From Bdellovibrionota bacterium (GTDB lineage Bacteria > Bdellovibrionota_C > UBA2361 > OMII01), in NCBI GenBank assembly GCA_044360195.1, contig JBIKKT010000011.1, forward strand, positions 7,567 to 71,566: DNA of 64,000 nt. The letters are read 5' to 3'. Made by a program: the position numbers and the translations under genes. The notes under the pieces were generated by a model that was given only the letters and a program-made list of their open reading frames with translations, was not told the origin of the DNA and did no database searches. This document shows, in pieces, positions 58,017-64,000 of this stretch; position 1 is the stretch's first letter, and each line of letters starts with the position of its first letter.

Positions 58017-59336
58017 GTGTTGACGGTTGAAAAGAGTGCTCGGCAACTAAAAGTCATAATCTTACTTGCACTAGCTTTATCTCTGGGAGGATTCGCTCTC
58101 TCAGTTGTTGCATTGCAGCAACACGTCCTCCTTACCAACAATTTAAGCACAGGGCCCAGTTTTTGTACCCTTTCTGACACCATTAACTGCGATGCTGTAA
58201 ATGCGAGTGAGTGGTCGTCTATTTTAGGTATCCCGATAGCCTCGTACGGGATGTTCTTTTACCTGGTACTTATCGGGGGAGCGCTTTCGGCGCTCATTAT
58301 GCGTGTGTTTCCACCGCAGGCGTTTGCAGCGCTTGCTCTGCTACTCAGCGTCGCGGCTAATCTCGGGACGCTTTATCTCTTTCCTCTGTCGTGGTTTGTG
58401 ATCGGCGCACTGTGCCTGATATGTATAGGGCTTTACGTCATAAACTTCATCCTTCTCATTCTTTTGTGGCGCGGTGTTTTTCCGGGTCGAATGAAGGCTG
58501 CTCTTACCGAAGCGGTACACCTCATCGGAACATTTACTAGAGTTGTTGTTCGAGGTGGGATGTCCGGCTCAAGTTGGGCGGCTCGCATTATCGCCGTTGG
58601 TCTCGTGCTGCTGGCGTATTGGAATGTGGTCGCACCTGAAGTGTTGTTGGCTTACTACAAAGAGAAGCGCGCTCACCAGAATATTGTAACTCATGCGGCT
58701 GCGCTTCAGGCGTGGGAAGCAGCACCGGTGGTAGCAACCGGTGTGCGACTGGATGATGGAGTGTTCGGTGACTACTGGCAGGGACGACACGATGCTCCCA
58801 TACGAATCGTTGAATTCGCGGATTACGGTTGTGGGGCATGCCGAATAATGTCTGGTGTTCTGCACGAGCTTCTTGCTCGATACGAGGGTAAGTACCTCTA
58901 CGTTTTCCGAGATTATCCACTCGATAGCGCCTGCAATCCCTCTATCTCTCAACCGTTTCACCAATTCTCGTGTCTAGCAACGTATACAGCACGGTGCGCG
59001 GGAGAGCAGGGGAAGTTTTGGGAGGTTAATAACTTTCTCTTCTCGGCTGAGGAGCTAGAAAGCGAGGAGTCGATTGAGAAAGTCCAGCCGGCTTTGCTTG
59101 AGCGTGCTGCGCGCCAGATTGGCCTTGATCCAGAGGCCTTAAAGGAGTGTGTGGCCTCAAAGAGGTATCTCTCGGCGGTTCACCGTGATGTGCAAGATGG
59201 TAATGCGCTTGAGTTGCAGGGGACTCCATCATTCTGGATCAACGATAAGAAATTATCCTCTTTTGCTCCTGAGGTGCTAGAGGCGGTGTTTGAGCGGATC
59301 CTAAAAGAGAGTGATAGTAACGCTAGCGCCCGCTGA
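58017..59336 (+). CDS. Bacterial vitamin-K epoxide reductase (VKOR) homolog fused to a DsbA-like thioredoxin domain
   Basis: VKOR loop cysteines 'FCTLSDTINCDAV', TM CxxC 'GALCLICIG'. C-terminal thioredoxin 'EFADYGCGACRIM'. Confidence 0.7.
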   Translation: MLTVEKSARQLKVIILLALALSLGGFALSVVALQQHVLLTNNLSTGPSFCTLSDTINCDAVNASEWSSILGIPIASYGMFFYLVLIGGALSALIMRVFPPQAFAALALLLSVAANLGTLYLFPLSWFVIGALCLICIGLYVINFILLILLWRGVFPGRMKAALTEAVHLIGTFTRVVVRGGMSGSSWAARIIAVGLVLLAYWNVVAPEVLLAYYKEKRAHQNIVTHAAALQAWEAAPVVATGVRLDDGVFGDYWQGRHDAPIRIVEFADYGCGACRIMSGVLHELLARYEGKYLYVFRDYPLDSACNPSISQPFHQFSCLATYTARCAGEQGKFWEVNNFLFSAEELESEESIEKVQPALLERAARQIGLDPEALKECVASKRYLSAVHRDVQDGNALELQGTPSFWINDKKLSSFAPEVLEAVFERILKESDSNASAR

Positions 59337-60142
59337 TGCCGACAGAGAATATCACCGTAGTTGGCATTTTGAATTGTACCCCCGACAGTTTTTCTGACGG
59401 AGATCCTAAAGCCACGACAACGACCCGCCTCGATCGTGCGCGGCAACTGATCGATGATGGTGCTCAAATGCTCGACCTTGGTGGTGATTCAACCCGACCT
59501 GGCTCCGAGTGCTGTGGGCCTGAAGAGGAGTGGCGTCGAGTGGCTCCTGTTCTCAAGGGTGTGGCGCATAGGATAGCGTGTTCAGTTGACACGCATCACG
59601 TAGAGGTTGCACGACGTGCGTTACTTGAGGGCGCACAGTGCATCAACGACATCTCCGGCGAAACGCTCCCTGAGATGCTCTCGCTAGTTGCTGATTCGAA
59701 GGCGCTCTATGTGGCGATGTTCAATCCACACGGCGGTGCACATCTATTTGGAGATGGAGTATCGCATGACAAGCTCATTCAGAGGTTTAGACTTTGGGTT
59801 GAGAGAGTTGAGGCAGAGTTTCATCGAGCTGGAGGGGGGCCTTCAAAGTTAGTTTTTGACACCGGTATGGGGGCGTTTTTAAGTAAGCAGGCTGATGTCT
59901 CGTGGTATCTCATACGTCACTATGCTGAGATACACTGGCCACGTGGAGGGGCGATGTTTGGGTGCTCTCGCAAAGGTTTTCTTAAAAGAAAAGATGAGCA
60001 GTCCCCTATTGAAAGGGATCGGATAACAGCGATGTGCGGGGTGCTAGTAGCCTCTAAGCTCTCTAGTGACGTGCCGTTATATCTTCGAGTTCATAATCCA
60101 GCACAGCAGCGTGAGGCGCTTGAGCAGTGGCGCACTGAGTAG
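59336..60142 (+). CDS. folP: Dihydropteroate synthase
   Basis: 'VVGILNCTPDSFSDGD', 'LDLGGDSTRPG', 'INDISG'. Confidence 0.88.
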   Translation: MPTENITVVGILNCTPDSFSDGDPKATTTTRLDRARQLIDDGAQMLDLGGDSTRPGSECCGPEEEWRRVAPVLKGVAHRIACSVDTHHVEVARRALLEGAQCINDISGETLPEMLSLVADSKALYVAMFNPHGGAHLFGDGVSHDKLIQRFRLWVERVEAEFHRAGGGPSKLVFDTGMGAFLSKQADVSWYLIRHYAEIHWPRGGAMFGCSRKGFLKRKDEQSPIERDRITAMCGVLVASKLSSDVPLYLRVHNPAQQREALEQWRTE

Positions 60143-60144
60143 GC

Positions 60145-60684
60145 TCAAGCCTCGGCTAAAACACACCGCTCGAATCCGCGTTGCTGCAGCGTGCTTTCTA
60201 GGGTCTCTATTGATTCAAGGAGTACGGGGTGAATAAACGACGGGGCTATCTCTCGAAGCGGCACGAGTACGAAGTCACGTTTATGGAGCTCAGGGTGGGG
60301 GAGTGTTAGGTCGTTGTCCTGGTGAACGCTGCCCCCTAAAAAGAGCAGGTCTAAGTCAATTGCACGTGGTGTCCAACGGGCCTCGTTGTCGCGAGTACGA
60401 CCGAGGGAGCGCTCTACCTCAAGGAGAACTTGAAGCGCTTGTAGGGGCGAGAGCGTAGTTTTAAAGGCGAAGACGGCGTTCACGTAATTTGGCTGGACTG
60501 AGCCGTCAAGGGTCAGGGCTTTAGTCTGGTAGAGGGATGAGCAGGACAGTAGCTCTCCCAGGCCACGCTCTTTAAGCAGGGGGAGAGCCTGTTCAAGGGT
60601 ACTGAGCGGGTCGCCTAGGTTGGCTCCAAAGGCTACGTAGGCTATTTGGTGGTCGTTCGACATAAGGGCTGCACTATATACCAC
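60145..60684 (-). CDS. folK: 6-hydroxymethyl-7,8-dihydropterin pyrophosphokinase
   Basis: 'AYVAFGANLGDP', 'RWTPRAIDLDLLF'. It is convergent with folP with a 2-bp gap. Confidence 0.88.
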   Translation of the reverse strand: MVYSAALMSNDHQIAYVAFGANLGDPLSTLEQALPLLKERGLGELLSCSSLYQTKALTLDGSVQPNYVNAVFAFKTTLSPLQALQVLLEVERSLGRTRDNEARWTPRAIDLDLLFLGGSVHQDNDLTLPHPELHKRDFVLVPLREIAPSFIHPVLLESIETLESTLQQRGFERCVLAEA

Positions 60685-60724
60685 CTTTTTAGCCTTTTAC
60701 AGCGCTCCCAGAGCAGGATACCCT

Positions 60725-61393
60725 TTGGTTATGAAAGAGATCGTTGGAAGAGAGATAGCTGGTCGAGTTACTGACGGTGATGTTATCGGGGTCGGTACTG
60801 GTACAACCGTTGATGCTGCGCTTACTGAGATCGGACGTAGGGTGAAGAATGAGGGCTTGCAGGTCTCGGTGGTCCCAAGCTCCTACCAGAGCGCGTGGCG
60901 TTGTCAGGAGCTTGGACTATCAGTTCTCTACCCAGGGTACCGTGGTGAGCTTTCATGGGGCTTTGATGGAGCAGATCAGGTCACCAAAGAACGCTGGGCA
61001 ATTAAAGGAAAGGGTGGAGCGCTGCTGCAAGAGAAGATACTCGCTGCGCGCTGTAAGAAGTTCACTATTATCGTTGATGAGTCGAAAGTTGTGCCTGTGC
61101 TGGGTGTGGGATGTCCTATCCCGGTGGAGGTTATCCCTGAGGCTCTAGCGGTAGTAGAGCAGAGGTTGTTTAGCTTGGGGGCTACATCGATTGCTATTCG
61201 TAGTGGCTCAGGGAAGCACGGACCAACGATTACCGAACGTGGTAATCTAATACTCGATGCGCAGTTTTCCAGTATAGGAGCCACTCTTGAGCAGGATATC
61301 AAGAGCATCGTTGGAGTAGTTGAGAGTGGGCTCTTTATAGGCTACGCCGCTGAGGTGCTTGTGGCTGGAGCTTCGGGCGTTGAGCGCTTTTAG
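60725..61393 (+). CDS. rpiA: Ribose-5-phosphate isomerase A
   Basis: 'IGVGTGTTV', 'GFDGADQV', 'KGKGGALLQEKI'. Confidence 0.88.
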   Translation: MVMKEIVGREIAGRVTDGDVIGVGTGTTVDAALTEIGRRVKNEGLQVSVVPSSYQSAWRCQELGLSVLYPGYRGELSWGFDGADQVTKERWAIKGKGGALLQEKILAARCKKFTIIVDESKVVPVLGVGCPIPVEVIPEALAVVEQRLFSLGATSIAIRSGSGKHGPTITERGNLILDAQFSSIGATLEQDIKSIVGVVESGLFIGYAAEVLVAGASGVERF

Positions 61394-61406
61394 CGAGAGG
61401 TCTTTT

Positions 61407-62333
61407 TTATGTGGAGCGCCTACCCTCCAGCACCACCATCCATGCCGAGGTGAGGATCACGATACAGGCACCTAAGGTTTGAATGCTTGTGAGTGGTTTG
61501 TCGAAGAACAGCCAAGCAATTGGAGCTGCCAATACAGGACCGAAACTTCGAAGAGCTGACGCGAGCCACGCGGGAACGTGGCGTATCGAGGAAAACCACA
61601 GTCCGGTGCTGATTACGTGGAATACCAGCACTGTCAGTAACACGTAGAACCAACCAAGCGCGTGTTCTTCGCTGACAGTGAATGAGTTAGTGCTGTAGAT
61701 AAATACCAAGGGGAGCAGAATCGCACCCCCAAAGAGTTGAGAGAAGCCGGCTGCATACGACGGCCCTAAATGCTTAGCGTATCGTTGTGTTGGAGCGTAC
61801 AGGGCAGCGCTCGCTGTAACAGCCATAAGTACTAGGAGGTCTCCTAGGGTGTCTAACGACAGAGAAAAGTTGCCGCTGGTCGATAGAAGTACGGCCCCCG
61901 CAATATGGATAGCTAGGAGAGTAAGATGCTGCCACGTCGTGCGGTGGTTCTGCCAGATAATGTGGATAAGAAGCACTATGTACGGTTCGATCTTTGTGAG
62001 GAACATCACCTTTGTGCTGCTTGTCAGCGTTAGGCAGTAACAAAAAATAGTTGAGAGCAACGCTGAACGAATAAGCGAGAATGTAAGGAATTCGGGCGAA
62101 GTAACGGTTGCGCTAGCACCAAGAGGCATGGCGCCGCGAAGTCGTGCTACGCACAGTAAAATCACTCCGCCAAGAAGGAGTGCGATGCTCGACACAGCAA
62201 GAGGCTCTAGCCGCGCTATAGCCTCTCCTTCAAATATCCATCCGATACTTGAGAGTGCAGACGCGCACAAGAGAGTAGTAATGCTTCCGACGCGAGACGG
62301 GGTCCGGTTCATGGTGGTGAACGTATACACCAA
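61407..62333 (-). CDS. EamA/DMT-family transporter
   Basis: Ten hydrophobic segments arranged as a duplicated EamA 4-5 TM repeat. 308 aa. Confidence 0.7.
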   Translation of the reverse strand: MVYTFTTMNRTPSRVGSITTLLCASALSSIGWIFEGEAIARLEPLAVSSIALLLGGVILLCVARLRGAMPLGASATVTSPEFLTFSLIRSALLSTIFCYCLTLTSSTKVMFLTKIEPYIVLLIHIIWQNHRTTWQHLTLLAIHIAGAVLLSTSGNFSLSLDTLGDLLVLMAVTASAALYAPTQRYAKHLGPSYAAGFSQLFGGAILLPLVFIYSTNSFTVSEEHALGWFYVLLTVLVFHVISTGLWFSSIRHVPAWLASALRSFGPVLAAPIAWLFFDKPLTSIQTLGACIVILTSAWMVVLEGRRST

Positions 62334-62890
62334 ACATTACTGTGGCACTACAGACCTATTCAGAGCTGACTAAATATTGGCTCTTCGTGGAATCGAGTGA
62401 GTGGCACCGAGGATAGAGATAGCGTAAGCCCTTGTCTTGACCCATAAATCGCGGCTGCTCACGGAAGCGTGCTTAAGGAAAGAAGCTCTATCACATGGGA
62501 ATCAGAGGTTCGGTTTCTCGCAGTACTCTTGTTCATGCCAATGCCAATCGAGACTGGTGGATTTTCGCCGACTACGCGCGAGTGCTGATCGCATGTGCCT
62601 AAGAGCCACACAAGGCGGAGAAACCAGCTCTCCTTGAGTAAGTATCCAGTGCCGTTTACGCGCTCGATGCAACAATCATCCAAGTCTGCTGATGCGCTCT
62701 TTCCGTGGGCATAGAATAACCACTAGCAGCCAAATTACTCGGCCAGCTTAGCGCGCCGACCGGAGAATAGCTTGTCAGTATCTCGGCAGCCGCTTATCTC
62801 GCTCGCCCGATACTGCGGGGACACTTAAAAATCCCGCTCCGTATCGGCGATCGAAATAAGCGGTAGTGGCAGCATTCGCTTACTAAGAAT

Positions 62891-63889
62891 TCATTGATTT
62901 CGATCAACGCGTCTCTCCTTATTCCGCTGGTGGAAGTAAATCTTCTCTCGCCCGAAAGCTCTCTCGGCCTCGTAAAGATTGTGCGCAGAACACAAAGTTC
63001 TAAGATTTGATAGCTCTGTTAATCCCCCTTTAGCAAACGGAGCGATATGATCGATCTGTAAACCTGCTTTACTCGTACAACGCACACCATTCTCAGATAC
63101 GAAGCAGCACTGTCCTTGATCCCGCTCGATTACACTTTGACGGACATGTTTAGGAATATATCGGCCCCCTAAGTTAAATGAACGCACCTTCCCGGTCTTG
63201 GGGACCCTTTCTTTTAGATATGACCGCATTGCCGTCTTTAAGATCTCAACTAGGGTCTTGCGACCCGTGTGAACAACAACTTGATTTACAAGATCGTCGA
63301 ACTCTTGGTCACCAAGGAACGAATAGCTGGTCACTACCACTGGTGGAAGTTCACGCTCTCGAGCCTTTGGAAGCTCTGAGTCGATGCGGCTCTGTGGCTG
63401 ATCAAACAAGGAAGCCGTCATGCCATCTGTCTTCACTGGTGGAAGTGATGGGGTTACAGCAACTTTTCGTATAGTCTCACGCTTTACCTTCGCTGGTGGA
63501 AGTTGTTTAACAACCAACGCTTCAGTCTTACGCTTTGAGAGTCCTTGAGTTTGCTCTAAGAGGCTAGCAGCGTTCTCTTGATTGATTATCTTGGATATCT
63601 CAGCAATTGAGCATAACGTTAAGTTGCCCGTCTCTAACATCTCTAAGCTCTCTGGCTTGAGTTTTACGACACGGGCTGCTGCGATCCGGCGATATGCTGA
63701 GGCTTCAGAGTAACGACACCGCTCTGTTAGAAAAGCAAATAGCGAGGAGTAACCCTCCTGCACATAAAGCTTCTCATCCATAATTGGTATAAGGCTCTTT
63801 ACGACCTCTGCGATCGCTCGGCGCTCTTTTGAATTGGCATTGATAAATACTTCGATAGCTGCGTTCATAGCCTTCACTCCACTAAGCAA
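62891..63889 (-). CDS. HNH endonuclease-domain protein with an N-terminal helical domain and 'LPPx' repeats
   Basis: C-terminus 'CCFVSENGVRCTSKAGLQIDHIAPFAKGGLTELSNLRTLCSAHN' (HNH: DH...N..LC..HN). Confidence 0.65.
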   Translation of the reverse strand: MLSGVKAMNAAIEVFINANSKERRAIAEVVKSLIPIMDEKLYVQEGYSSLFAFLTERCRYSEASAYRRIAAARVVKLKPESLEMLETGNLTLCSIAEISKIINQENAASLLEQTQGLSKRKTEALVVKQLPPAKVKRETIRKVAVTPSLPPVKTDGMTASLFDQPQSRIDSELPKARERELPPVVVTSYSFLGDQEFDDLVNQVVVHTGRKTLVEILKTAMRSYLKERVPKTGKVRSFNLGGRYIPKHVRQSVIERDQGQCCFVSENGVRCTSKAGLQIDHIAPFAKGGLTELSNLRTLCSAHNLYEAERAFGREKIYFHQRNKERRVDRNQ

Positions 63890-64000
63890 TTTTTGACAGC
63901 ACTACGAGAGTATAACCTACGTTTTTTGGACCTCGTATAAGGCTCACAGATGACTGTTTCGCGCACTTTTTGATTCGCGAGGTGTTTTGACCGATTAGCG

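Noticed and set aside
62925-63500. Genuine Chi (GCTGGTGG) recombination hotspot cluster
   Set aside because: Chi sequences are lineage-specific and this is not E. coli. Three of four copies are explained by an encoded LPPV peptide repeat. Kept only as a motif-level observation.

Overview
This 64 kb window reads as a chromosomal segment of a Gram-negative bacterium. The Gram-negative call rests on lptC-lptA, kdsA, mltA, a BamE-like domain, an OmpA-like lipoprotein and a lone flagellin. GC looks moderately high by eye, with visibly AT-richer patches at about 2.9-3.7 kb and 16.3-18.6 kb; I did not compute GC. Gene density is high and most genes are housekeeping: lon, ssb, fabH, fabD, pyrG, kdsA, lptC, lptA, alaS, rlmI, ridA, folP, folK, rpiA, an M16 peptidase pair, an ABC-2 exporter and two two-component systems. 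Secreted hydrolases are frequent, including an HEXXH protein, a metzincin and an SGNH hydrolase. The parts that stand out are listed below.

- **Helicase-PLD fusion (9637..12339).** A 900-aa single-gene fusion of an SF1/Upf1-like helicase and a PLD (HKD) nuclease. Its domain composition is that of Mokosh-like antiphage proteins, yet it sits among housekeeping genes.
- **REP/RAYT-like module (32.2-36.0 kb).** An IS200-like HuH tyrosine transposase with an unusual ~190-aa C-terminal extension. It is bracketed by inverted copies of a poly-C plus 'ttgctccaaggcaa' hairpin motif. There are ~80-bp homologous direct segments on either side of a DHH-motif gene, and a perfect 2 x 88 bp tandem duplication.
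- **Polyamine pair.** A divergent HDAC/acetylpolyamine-amidohydrolase-like gene and a clear SpeG (spermidine N-acetyltransferase) homolog that carries a C-terminal extension.
- **Short AlaRS.** A 633-aa AlaRS that appears to lack the C-Ala domain.
- **Low-GC islet.** An AT-richer patch with a GT9-like gene, a methyltransferase and gene remnants.
- **VKOR-DsbA fusion.**
- **Two RRM proteins.** Two paralogous RRM RNA-binding proteins with Gly/Arg-rich tails.

No rRNA, tRNA or CRISPR array was found by eye.
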